Assembly (NCBI GenBank): GCA_038883655.1
Contig: JAVZLQ010000003.1
Span: forward strand, 128,001-192,000
DNA: 64,000 bases
Source: Candidatus Bathyarchaeia archaeon
GTDB taxonomy: Archaea; Thermoproteota; Bathyarchaeia; Bathyarchaeales; Bathycorpusculaceae
Direction of reading: 5' to 3'
Shown: positions 50,849 to 59,913 of the stretch, one piece after another
How positions within the stretch are numbered: position 1 is the first letter of the stretch
Layout: every line of letters starts with the position of its first letter
Notes under the pieces: model-generated
Told to the model about the DNA's origin: nothing
The model's database searches: none
What the model saw: only the letters and a program-made list of their open reading frames with translations
Position numbers and translations under genes: made by a program

Positions 50849-51805
50849 TTGGAAAACGCTGCTCCACAGGCACTCATACAGGCGCTGAAAAGGCAAAAGT
50901 ACCACATAATAGGCAAGCATTCAGCCGTGAAAAGATGCAGATGGTTTTACGAAACCCTGATCAATGATAGACCATGCTATAAACAGAAGTTTTACGGCAT
51001 AAAAACACACCAGTGTATACAAATGACCCCAGCGCTCTTCTATTGCACACAACAATGCCTATTCTGCTGGAGGGCACAAACTGGCGACTTAAAGATTAAC
51101 TGGGACGAAACGCGACTGCCATATTGGGACTCACCCGAATTTATAGTGGAAGAAAGCATCAAAGCTCAGCTTAAAATTCTAAGCGGATACAAAGGCAACC
51201 CAAAAGCGGACAAACAAAAGTTTATGGAGGCTTCCACACCCAGACACGCCGCTATAAGTTTAACTGGTGAACCCACGCTGTATGGGCATATAAGCGACTT
51301 GATTAAGGCATTTCACAAAAGAGGATTTACAACATTTCTTGTATCTAATGGAACATTGCCCCAAGTTTTAGCAAATCTTGAAGAGGAACCCACACAGCTT
51401 TACATATCTGTCTGTGCCCCAGATGAAAAAACATTCAAGAAGGTTTGCCGTCCACAAATTCCAAATGCTTGGGAAAAGCTTAACGAGACTTTGGAACGCT
51501 TGCCCAGCTTTAAGTGTCCAACTGTTATCAGAATAACTTCAGTGAAGGATTTGAACATGAAAAACATTGAAGGTTACGCAAGGCTGATTGAAAAGGCAAG
51601 TCCAACTTATGTTGAGCCAAAAGCTTACATGCACGTTGGATTCTCACGGCTGCGTTTAGGTTTTGAAAACATGCCAAGCCACAGGGAAATACGCGATTTT
51701 GCATACAAGATTGCAGAGAAAACAGGTTATAATGTTCTGGATGAGGCGCCGGAAAGCAGAGTTGTACTGTTAGGTAAAGTACAGCGCACCATTAGATTCG
51801 GATAG
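50849..51805 (+). CDS. taw1: 4-demethylwyosine synthase (radical SAM)
   Basis: HSAVK.C.W, CYK..FYGI..H.C.Q.TP, C...CLFCWR, SLTGEPT. Confidence 0.94.
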   Translation: MENAAPQALIQALKRQKYHIIGKHSAVKRCRWFYETLINDRPCYKQKFYGIKTHQCIQMTPALFYCTQQCLFCWRAQTGDLKINWDETRLPYWDSPEFIVEESIKAQLKILSGYKGNPKADKQKFMEASTPRHAAISLTGEPTLYGHISDLIKAFHKRGFTTFLVSNGTLPQVLANLEEEPTQLYISVCAPDEKTFKKVCRPQIPNAWEKLNETLERLPSFKCPTVIRITSVKDLNMKNIEGYARLIEKASPTYVEPKAYMHVGFSRLRLGFENMPSHREIRDFAYKIAEKTGYNVLDEAPESRVVLLGKVQRTIRFG

Positions 51806-51943
51806 TTGTTGATGCTACTCGCAACTAATCCATTTTTAAGTTAACTTTCATATAAACAGCTTTTTCATCAATTGGTGAGAATAAAACTTATATAACACGC
51901 TTTTTATTACGCTTTAAACTTAAAATTAAATCGAGGTGGAACG

Positions 51944-52144
51944 ATGGTTAGTGAAGGAAAGGGCAGACTGTTCAGAAGAAAGGATGGAAAATACTTAATT
52001 TACATACCGAAAGACTTGGCGGAGGACAGCATGTTTCCATTTAAAGGCGCAGACTCTGTGTTCGTGAAAGTCAGCTTCAAGGTTGGCGGAGAAGAAAAAC
52101 TCATCATAGAACGATGGAAAGAACCACCACCACAAAAGCAATAG
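51944..52144 (+). CDS. Small AbrB/MazE-like (swapped-hairpin) hypothetical protein
   Basis: GKYLIYIPKDLA.D..FPF..D.V.V; GAGGTG RBS. Confidence 0.65.
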   Translation: MVSEGKGRLFRRKDGKYLIYIPKDLAEDSMFPFKGADSVFVKVSFKVGGEEKLIIERWKEPPPQKQ

Positions 52145-52249
52145 CCTATTTTCCATCCTTTGAAGTTTCGCTATTCCAATAACCCTATTTTTAATCACGA
52201 AAATTATAAGCACGGAAATGATTCTAGATATAGAAAAGGCGAAGAGCAG

Positions 52250-52885
52250 ATGAGCTCGTTAAAAGTTATCTTAGAAGAAATACGCAAAGAACTGAAGGAG
52301 AAGGAGAAAATTCGAGAAAACATCCAAAACGACATGCGGAAGGCAACAAGCCTTTCAAAACAGGCAATACTCTTGATACATCAAAAAAGGCTAAAGGACG
52401 CGGAGAAACTCATTAAAAAAGCAAAAGAAATCATTCTGGAGCTTAACAACGCTTCCGCCGCCCACCCAGAAATCATTTATAGTGGACTGTATGACGCGGC
52501 GCTTCAAGAGTATTCTGAAGCAAACATATTCCTAAAACTAATAGAGGAAGAGCGCTTTGTAACGCCAAAGGAGATTAGCGTGCCATCCGTGGATTATGTT
52601 CTTGGATTAGCGGACGTTATAGGAGAGTATAGGCGTTTGGCACTCGATGCATTGCGAGAAGGTGATGTGCGAAAAAGTGAAAAATACCTAAAGATAATGG
52701 ACGAAATTTACATCGAACTTATGGGCATGAACGAAGCGTACATGCTTGTTCCAGGGTTACGAAGAAAATGCGACACTGCAAGAAAAATTATTGAGACTAC
52801 GCGAGGCGACGTAACCCAAGAGATTAGGAGAAGCACGCTTGAAAAGTATCTTAAGGGTTTAGAGCACCATTTGAGGAAAAATTAA
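52250..52885 (+). CDS. Translin/TRAX (C3PO) family RNase
   Basis: REN...R....SK..I..IH, QEYSEA, YVLGLADVIGE.RR, LRRK.D..R. Confidence 0.85.
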   Translation: MSSLKVILEEIRKELKEKEKIRENIQNDMRKATSLSKQAILLIHQKRLKDAEKLIKKAKEIILELNNASAAHPEIIYSGLYDAALQEYSEANIFLKLIEEERFVTPKEISVPSVDYVLGLADVIGEYRRLALDALREGDVRKSEKYLKIMDEIYIELMGMNEAYMLVPGLRRKCDTARKIIETTRGDVTQEIRRSTLEKYLKGLEHHLRKN

Positions 52886-52889
52886 AATT

Positions 52890-53564
52890 ATGAAAGGGAT
52901 TCCTAGAAATTTTTCTGTTGAAAAGGCTCATGAAACGCAGGTTTGTCTATCAGGAAGGATAATTTTTGAGGATAAATTGCCGAGGAAAATATGTTATGTC
53001 GCTGGAGTTGACGTGGCGTATGCGAAGAATTTATCGGTAGGCGCCGTGGCAGTGTTGGATTACGACACGCTTAGGCTTTTAGAGTGTAAAACCGCCGTTT
53101 GCGAGACGCGCTTTCCATACGTTCCAACACTCTTGTCTTTTAGAGAAGTTCCGCCAGCAATATTAAGCATAAAAAAGTTGCGAACAAAGCCAGACGTGTT
53201 CCTTGTTGATGGGCACGGTTTTGCCCATCCCTACTACTGTGGTTTCGCAAGTCACTTGGGGCTAGTTTTGGGAAAGCCAACGATAGGCGTGGCAAAAAAT
53301 CGGCTATTCGGAGAGGAAAAACGTGTTTATGGCGAACCATTCGCCTTTCTGAAACATAATGGTAAAGTTATTGGCGCCGCGGTTGTAACAAAGAGTGGGT
53401 GTAAACCCATTTATGTTAGCGTAGGACACATGGTTTCTTTGGAAACCGCGATTAAAATTGTTCAACACTGCGCTGTGAGTGATAGGATTCCAGAGCCAAT
53501 CTTGAAGGCGCACGAAGCGGCAACCACGGAAAAACGAAAAATCAATATACGTAGCGGTTCTTAA
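52890..53564 (+). CDS. nfi: Endonuclease V
   Basis: GVDVAY, PYVP..LSFRE, VDGHG..HP, GVAK, SVGH, PEP...AH. Confidence 0.93.
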   Translation: MKGIPRNFSVEKAHETQVCLSGRIIFEDKLPRKICYVAGVDVAYAKNLSVGAVAVLDYDTLRLLECKTAVCETRFPYVPTLLSFREVPPAILSIKKLRTKPDVFLVDGHGFAHPYYCGFASHLGLVLGKPTIGVAKNRLFGEEKRVYGEPFAFLKHNGKVIGAAVVTKSGCKPIYVSVGHMVSLETAIKIVQHCAVSDRIPEPILKAHEAATTEKRKINIRSGS

Positions 53565-53573
53565 AAGTGATAA

Positions 53574-54305
53574 GTGAGAAAGTTGCTTGATCCGAAAATT
53601 AAGGCGGTAGCCAATAAAATTCGCGACGAAAAACTGCGAAAAAAGATTATGGAGTTCTTGGAAAATCCAACATTCGAAGTTGGCGGGAAAACCTATACGG
53701 GCATACCTCTCGATGTTTCGCCTGCTGGTTTGTCGCATCACCACTGTTATGCTGGGGGCTACGTCGAGCATGTTGTTTCAACAGCAAAAATAGCGCTCAC
53801 AATATGCGACTGTGTGAAAAAAGTATATCATGGAAAAGTAAACCGCGACTTTGTTTTGGCTGGAGTTCTGCTTCATGACATTTTCAAACCATTAACATAT
53901 GCGGTAAAGGAGAATGGAAGCTACGCTACAACAAGCTTAGCAGATTATATGGATCACTTGTCAATGGTGATAGCCGAACTTGTCAGAAGAAAGTTTCCAA
54001 TAGAGGTAATCCACACAGTTTCGGCTCACCACGGCGAGTATGGACCAATCAGACCGCACACAATAGAAGCGTTAATCTGCCATCTAGCAGATTTAATTGA
54101 CTCACGTTTAAACGGAGAAGTGTTAAACGCTGCAGCTTACTTAGCGAGAAAAGCCGTCGGCGAAGAACTAGCGGGACTGACAGCTAAAGAGGCTTTTGAA
54201 ATAGTTCATTCAAAGGCGACCGAAGGTTGGGATGGCGTAGCAAAAACCGTAGAAAAAATAAAGCGTAAGAGAAAAGTCGCAAAACTTAATAGCACACAGC
54301 ATTGA
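53574..54305 (+). CDS. YhaM-like HD-domain phosphohydrolase without OB domain
   Basis: PA...HH.Y.GG..EH, LLHDI.K, DH, HHG, EA..CHLAD..D. Confidence 0.82.
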   Translation: MRKLLDPKIKAVANKIRDEKLRKKIMEFLENPTFEVGGKTYTGIPLDVSPAGLSHHHCYAGGYVEHVVSTAKIALTICDCVKKVYHGKVNRDFVLAGVLLHDIFKPLTYAVKENGSYATTSLADYMDHLSMVIAELVRRKFPIEVIHTVSAHHGEYGPIRPHTIEALICHLADLIDSRLNGEVLNAAAYLARKAVGEELAGLTAKEAFEIVHSKATEGWDGVAKTVEKIKRKRKVAKLNSTQH

Positions 54306-54324
54306 AAAGTGTGGAAAAGGAAGG

Positions 54325-54660
54325 GTGAATGAAATGGAAATATCGTTCGAGGAATTCCAAAAGTTGGATATGCGTGTTGGAAAAATTTTGGAGGCAAACC
54401 AAATTCCAGGCTCACGAAACTTGATTAGGATGACTGTTGACTTTGGAACAGAAAAGCGCCAAGCAGTTGCGGGTTTACTGCAATGGTACAAGCCCCAAGA
54501 CCTTGTCGGCAAAAAATGTGCTTTCATACTGAACCTTCAAAGAAGGAAGTTTATGGGCGTGGAGTCGCAGTGCATGATTTTGGCTGCAGAAGACGAGAAG
54601 GGCAATGTTGTGGTGCTTCAACCAGAGAAGGATATTGTGGAAGGAAGCAAAATCCATTAG
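54325..54660 (+). CDS. tRNA-binding OB-fold protein (Trbp111/CsaA/MetRS C-terminal-like)
   Basis: ISFEEFQKLD.RVG.I, VDFG...RQ..AG, NL..RK..GVESQ.MILA. Confidence 0.9.
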   Translation: MNEMEISFEEFQKLDMRVGKILEANQIPGSRNLIRMTVDFGTEKRQAVAGLLQWYKPQDLVGKKCAFILNLQRRKFMGVESQCMILAAEDEKGNVVVLQPEKDIVEGSKIH

Positions 54661-54751
54661 AATTAGACTTCGAATAAACTTCTAACTCAATAATTGTTAA
54701 ATACAACAGTACAGCAAAATAATGAGTCGTTTGCAAAAAGGATGGATGAAT

Positions 54752-57130
54752 ATGAAAGAGAAACTAAGCAAAAAGATTGTAGGCCTTTTGATTGCTGCAA
54801 CACTTTTAGTGACTTTTATGCCAAACATAGTATATGCATCAAGCGGGCTCACTCTAGAAAAGAATCAAGAATGGCTTACAGGAGACGATAGTTATTCATT
54901 GGCAAATGCTGCAGGAGACATCGACGAAGACGGAGTAACGGAAATCGTTACAGCGGGATACTTCTATAACTCCACAACTGGCATTTATTTGGGTGAAGTA
55001 AATGTGTGGAATTGGAATGGCACACATATAATAGAAGAGTGGAAGGAAATTGTCGACCCATCCTACACTTGGTCCACCGACACCCGCTTTTATGCTGTAG
55101 CGTTAGGAAACGTTGACAACGAAACAGGTGTAGAAATCGTAGCAGCCGGGTACGGAAAATTCCTAAACTTCATTGAACAAGGATTACTAGTTGTTTTAAT
55201 CTGGAATGGAACATCGATGGAAAGGAAGACTGGTTGGTACTGGCCTTTTGAGGCTAATGAAACAAAGTTTTTTGATGTGACAATAGGCGACGTGGACAGA
55301 GACAACACGACAGAGATAATTGCCGTGGGCTACAGGAACACCACGTCACTTTATGGAACAGGATTTCATGGAGCAATAACAATATGGAATATTACCGACG
55401 CAAAATTGACGCTTGAAACAAGCCAAGAGTGGCTCATTGGTGGAGGCACAGAAGGGCATTCGGTGGCGGTTGACGATGTAGACGAGGACGGAGATATTGA
55501 AATAATTGTTACAGGATACTTCTATGATGACATACTTGGGCATGATTGCGCGATGCTCAGAATATGTACTTGGAATGGTTCAATTTTTATTTGGGAGGCA
55601 AGCACCAAATGGTACACGTATTTAGAGACTTACTCGGTTGACGTCGCAATAGGAGATCTAGATTCTGATGGAAGGAAGGAAATTGTTACAATTGGAAGAC
55701 AATTTAACGGAGAAAACTACTATGCGCAACTAAGAATATGGTCGTGGGATGGAACTCTCCTAACATTGAAGTTGAGCGTGGAGGGCGGTCTGGTAGGACC
55801 TTTTACGAGTACATCAGGCAAAGCAGTAGCAATACATGATGTAGATAAGGATGGCAAAAAAGAGATAATTGCCGGCTTGGATGTGGCAATACTTTTCGGC
55901 TCCACGCCTATTATCACAATTTTCTCGTGGAACGGAAACACTTTGACCACAAAAGACGCAGCAAATTGGAGAGAAGCGTCAAACATCGAAGATGTCACTT
56001 GCGCCGATGTGGACGCTGATGGAAACATCGAAGTACTAACCGCTGGTTACAAATGGCAATTTATGGTTGTTACAGAAAAATCCGAATTAGCAATATGGAG
56101 TGTAAGTAAAGTTGCGAGTGCCCTAACCGTGAATGTAAGCCCGTCAAGCATTGTTATAGGCAGTCAAGTGACAATAAGTGGCAGATTAACAAACGAGGCG
56201 GGTGACACGCCAATACCAAACGCTGAAGTAACAATAGAATTTTCACGTGAACCCCTACCAGTTCTAGTAACGATAGGCAAAGTTATAACAAATGAAAATG
56301 GAGAATACACGTTCACTTGGATTCCACAAGCAGCTGGAAACTACATGATCCGCGTAAGCTGGAAAGGCGACTACGAACATGAGGCTGCAGCCGCAACAAC
56401 CCCATTGACCGTTGAAAAGGCTTCAAGTATGATAACCCTAACACTTTCAAGTTACACAGCAACAGTCGGGGACAGCATAAGCGTAAGTGGCACATTATAT
56501 CCAGCCAAACCAGCGGCAATAACCCTCAAATACACAAAGCCAGACAGCTCAATAAGCACAAAAACTGTTTACTCAAACCAGGCGGGAGTTTTCACAGACA
56601 CGTTCACAGCAGATCAAGCTGGACAATGGCAAATAACAGCAAGCTGGAGCGGAGACGACACCTACAAGGCGGCAGAAAGCGCACCAGCACCATTAACAGT
56701 GATAAAAATACAAAGCACACTGTCTATAACAGCCTCACAGTTAACGGTTAACTTAGGCGAAAACATAACAATAAACGGAGCATTAACGCCGGGACAAGCT
56801 GCAAACATAACCTTAACATACACCATGCCAAATGGCACAATCACCACAAAAACTGTACCATCAAACACTACTGGAGCCTTCATAGATACGATTAGGCTTG
56901 ATAAAGCGGGAACATGGCAAGTGAAGGCAAAATGGACAGGTGACGCCCAACATACTGCGGCTGAAAGCACACTAATAACGCTAACAGCCCAAGCCGTTGA
57001 TACTACAACGCCCATGTTCGCTTTAGGCGGTTTAGGACTTGGAATAATAGCACTAATTTTGGCGGCGATAGCGCTCCTCATGTCTTCCAGAAAACCAAAA
57101 GCGGCGCCACCAACGCAGCCCTCGCAATAA
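54752..57130 (+). CDS. Surface protein: signal peptide, 7 FG-GAP/VCBS-like repeats, 3 Ig-like domains, TM anchor
   Basis: Seven GD.D.DG..EI.-type motifs; three S.L...S.......G....SG modules; TM + RKPK tail. Confidence 0.85.
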   Translation: MKEKLSKKIVGLLIAATLLVTFMPNIVYASSGLTLEKNQEWLTGDDSYSLANAAGDIDEDGVTEIVTAGYFYNSTTGIYLGEVNVWNWNGTHIIEEWKEIVDPSYTWSTDTRFYAVALGNVDNETGVEIVAAGYGKFLNFIEQGLLVVLIWNGTSMERKTGWYWPFEANETKFFDVTIGDVDRDNTTEIIAVGYRNTTSLYGTGFHGAITIWNITDAKLTLETSQEWLIGGGTEGHSVAVDDVDEDGDIEIIVTGYFYDDILGHDCAMLRICTWNGSIFIWEASTKWYTYLETYSVDVAIGDLDSDGRKEIVTIGRQFNGENYYAQLRIWSWDGTLLTLKLSVEGGLVGPFTSTSGKAVAIHDVDKDGKKEIIAGLDVAILFGSTPIITIFSWNGNTLTTKDAANWREASNIEDVTCADVDADGNIEVLTAGYKWQFMVVTEKSELAIWSVSKVASALTVNVSPSSIVIGSQVTISGRLTNEAGDTPIPNAEVTIEFSREPLPVLVTIGKVITNENGEYTFTWIPQAAGNYMIRVSWKGDYEHEAAAATTPLTVEKASSMITLTLSSYTATVGDSISVSGTLYPAKPAAITLKYTKPDSSISTKTVYSNQAGVFTDTFTADQAGQWQITASWSGDDTYKAAESAPAPLTVIKIQSTLSITASQLTVNLGENITINGALTPGQAANITLTYTMPNGTITTKTVPSNTTGAFIDTIRLDKAGTWQVKAKWTGDAQHTAAESTLITLTAQAVDTTTPMFALGGLGLGIIALILAAIALLMSSRKPKAAPPTQPSQ

Positions 57131-57168
57131 TAACAAAAGCTGAAAATTCAACTTTTCCCTTTTTCTGT

Positions 57169-58428
57169 TTAACCTACAAGTTTAGTAATGGCATCCGCCT
57201 TTTTCCTATCTTCTGCCAGATACTCAATCATTTCAGCATCCAAATCAAGCCATTTTGTAAGCCCAGCAGCCATGTTAACATTATTCTTGAATATTATCTT
57301 GAGGTAGGGAATTATCTCCTTTGATGCCCTATTTGCGGATATGTGGCATTTCCGCTTAATCTTTTGCCCAATGCTTAGTTGCATCGCACGCTCAGCTTTG
57401 GACCTAGACAACATCTGTATGCGCGTTGGGAATTTGAATGGAATGAATCCACGAGTCTTCGTGTTTTGTCTAGCCATCGCGACACCAGCGGTCATGAAAT
57501 CGATAACATAACGTGTGAAACTCCAATCTTGTGTGGAGCGTATTCTCCCCCTATAAACGTCCGCCATGGAAAGCGCGTCCATAGCCCTTGCCAAATCATG
57601 AGGGTCGGTTAAGTGTGCTGGAACATTCTCATAAATCCATTCAAAAAGCATATCGATGTCAGCATCAGCCATGTCAACCGCTTGCTTTGCACCACTACAA
57701 GTGCGCGCATAAATTATCATCCTTAAAACGTTAAAAATAGTGTCTTGCCTATCCCTATAACCAAGCCAAGAAACATCATTATATGTCAGTCTCTTCTTAC
57801 CTTGAGCCAATGCTTGAAGGTCATTAACCGCCGAGCGAACATCACCTTCTGAACGCTGCGCAATAAACTTTAAAGCATCATCGTCAGCTTGTATTCCCTC
57901 GCGGATGCATATACGCTTCAAATGCTTCATGACTTCGCTTGCTGGAGGCTTCTTAAACTCTATTAGTAGGCAGTAGTTGCGGAGATTGGCAAACCTCGGG
58001 TCATAAGCGTTGTTTGCAATCAAAACTATTGGACATTGGGCAGTTTTAACAATGTCTGTTATGGCTTTAACTCCGCCCTTGTCGGCTGTTCCCGTGATCC
58101 CGTCAAGCTCATCTAAAAGTATAATTCTTTTGCCGCCGAAAAGCGAACCGTACTGCGAAGCTAAACCAGCAAAACGATTAATCGCCTCTTCAGTCCTATA
58201 GTCGCTTGCGTTTTTCTCAACAAGCTCCATCTTAAAATCAGCGGCAAGAGCCTCAACAGTAACGGTTTTTCCAACACCAGGAGGACCAAAAATGAAGACT
58301 GCACGCTTTTTGGGTGCACCTTTCTCCCATGATTTTATCCATTCAACAAACGCTTGAATAGCTTCTTTATTTCCAACGATTTCATCTAGGGATTTTGGCT
58401 TGTGCTTAACGGTCCAAGCAGCGTACAA
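57169..58428 (-). CDS. rfcL: Replication factor C large subunit
   Basis: W..KHKP, GPPGVGKT, E.NASD.R, LDE.DG, GD.R...NDLQ. Confidence 0.93.
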   Translation of the reverse strand: MYAAWTVKHKPKSLDEIVGNKEAIQAFVEWIKSWEKGAPKKRAVFIFGPPGVGKTVTVEALAADFKMELVEKNASDYRTEEAINRFAGLASQYGSLFGGKRIILLDELDGITGTADKGGVKAITDIVKTAQCPIVLIANNAYDPRFANLRNYCLLIEFKKPPASEVMKHLKRICIREGIQADDDALKFIAQRSEGDVRSAVNDLQALAQGKKRLTYNDVSWLGYRDRQDTIFNVLRMIIYARTCSGAKQAVDMADADIDMLFEWIYENVPAHLTDPHDLARAMDALSMADVYRGRIRSTQDWSFTRYVIDFMTAGVAMARQNTKTRGFIPFKFPTRIQMLSRSKAERAMQLSIGQKIKRKCHISANRASKEIIPYLKIIFKNNVNMAAGLTKWLDLDAEMIEYLAEDRKKADAITKLVG

Positions 58429-58439
58429 GCGCTTTGCAC

Positions 58440-59420
58440 CTAACTTGCTTTTTTAATTTCGTAACCTGCTTCCACAAGCCTCGCCAACAAAGCACTTAGC
58501 TGGACCTCTTCATCTGCGCCCTCAACAAGCCTATAATCTATATCACCAACGATGTCAGCCAACTTTATTTTCCAAGGTTCTGGAATATCTGCTCTAAAAA
58601 TTTCAGTGTGAATTTGCCTAATTATGTCGCTTCCAGCCACACCATACTTTTGAATCATGTCGCGCAGTTGTTTCCTAGCTTCTAAAAAGTCGCCATTAAT
58701 CGCTGTTTCTATCATTTTTTGCACGTCTGCTGGGTGAGCCCTACCAGCAATGGAATAAACAACCTTCGCGTCTACGGGCTTATTAAGCGAGGCGGCCGCT
58801 TGAAGCGTGTTGATAGCCTTTCGCAAATCTCCACCACAAACCTCAAAAATCGCGTCCAACCCATCCTTCAAGAGTTTGACGCCCTCATTTTCCGCTATAT
58901 GTTTAAGGTATTTGTCATGCTCTTCCCTTGGCAGAAATGTGAAACGGAATGGGGCGCAACGTGACTGTATTGGTTCGATTATTTTTCCGCTGTAGTTGGC
59001 GCATAAAATGAAACGGCATGTTTCAGTGTACCGCTCCATAGTTCGCCTCAAGGCTTGTTGTGCATCAGCAGTCATGTTGTCCGCTTCATCCAAAATCATA
59101 AGTTTAAATGGTATCTCGCCGATAGATCGCACACGAGCAAACGTTTTAACTGTTTCCCTAACAACGTCTATGCCCCTCTCGTCACTCGCGTTTAATTCCA
59201 TGATGTGTTCACGATAGGCTTCGCCATACAAGTCCCTAGCCAAACAAAGCGCAGCAGTCGTCTTTCCAGTACCAGGCGGTCCAGCGAAGATGCAGTGCGG
59301 CACATTTTTGGATTTAACGAAGCTTTTTAACCGCTCAACTATCTCCTTTTGATTAACCATCTCATCCAACGTTTTTGGTCTGTACTTCTCAGCCCACATT
59401 TCAAAACTCAAAGTTTCCAC
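58440..59420 (-). CDS. rfcS: Replication factor C small subunit
   Basis: WAEKYRP, GPPGTGKTT, ELNASDERG, LDEAD, IQSRC. Confidence 0.95.
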   Translation of the reverse strand: METLSFEMWAEKYRPKTLDEMVNQKEIVERLKSFVKSKNVPHCIFAGPPGTGKTTAALCLARDLYGEAYREHIMELNASDERGIDVVRETVKTFARVRSIGEIPFKLMILDEADNMTADAQQALRRTMERYTETCRFILCANYSGKIIEPIQSRCAPFRFTFLPREEHDKYLKHIAENEGVKLLKDGLDAIFEVCGGDLRKAINTLQAAASLNKPVDAKVVYSIAGRAHPADVQKMIETAINGDFLEARKQLRDMIQKYGVAGSDIIRQIHTEIFRADIPEPWKIKLADIVGDIDYRLVEGADEEVQLSALLARLVEAGYEIKKAS

Positions 59421-59474
59421 TCCTCTCCAAACATATTTGACGGAATTGTTAATAAATTTATCAAAAAGGCGCGG

Positions 59475-59836
59475 TTACGTGGATACCACGATTTTGTCGA
59501 CGATTAGCGAAGGACACACTATATTACCAAATGTTTTCGGGTCGCCTCCAACAGTAATAACATTATTCAAAGCTTCATATAAGTTTCCAGCAACAGTGCA
59601 TGGCTTAATCGGATAGGCAACTTTCCATTTTCTATTTTGAACGCATTGTCAGCGGTTACTGAAAAATCACCAGTTACAGCATTTGAGTGAAAAGCGCCAA
59701 TAAGTGAACCTTTTACCAACACGCCATCTTTCAGTTCGCCTATCAAGTCTTCTCCTTTTGCCTCGGCAAAATATGCACCCATTTTTAAAGCATATTGCAT
59801 CGCTTTATCCATTAAGTCTTCTATCTGCGAACCCAT
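59475..59836 (-). pseudogene. tldD/pmbA-family remnant with large internal deletion and frameshift
   Basis: N-terminal A...GA..AE fused to C-terminal HS.AVTGDFS....AFKIENGK; frameshift near 59622 continues VAYPIKPCTVAGNLYE...PSLIVD to TAA. Confidence 0.78.
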
Positions 59837-59913
59837 GGCGGTCAACTTAAGCACTAAATATTTTGTACATGGATTTAAAGCTTAATAAAAGTAAGGGTTT
59901 TCACTTTTTGAAT

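Noticed and set aside
59600-59640. Programmed frameshift in the pmbA remnant
   Set aside because: No canonical slippery heptamer, and the gene also lacks most of its body, so decay is simpler.
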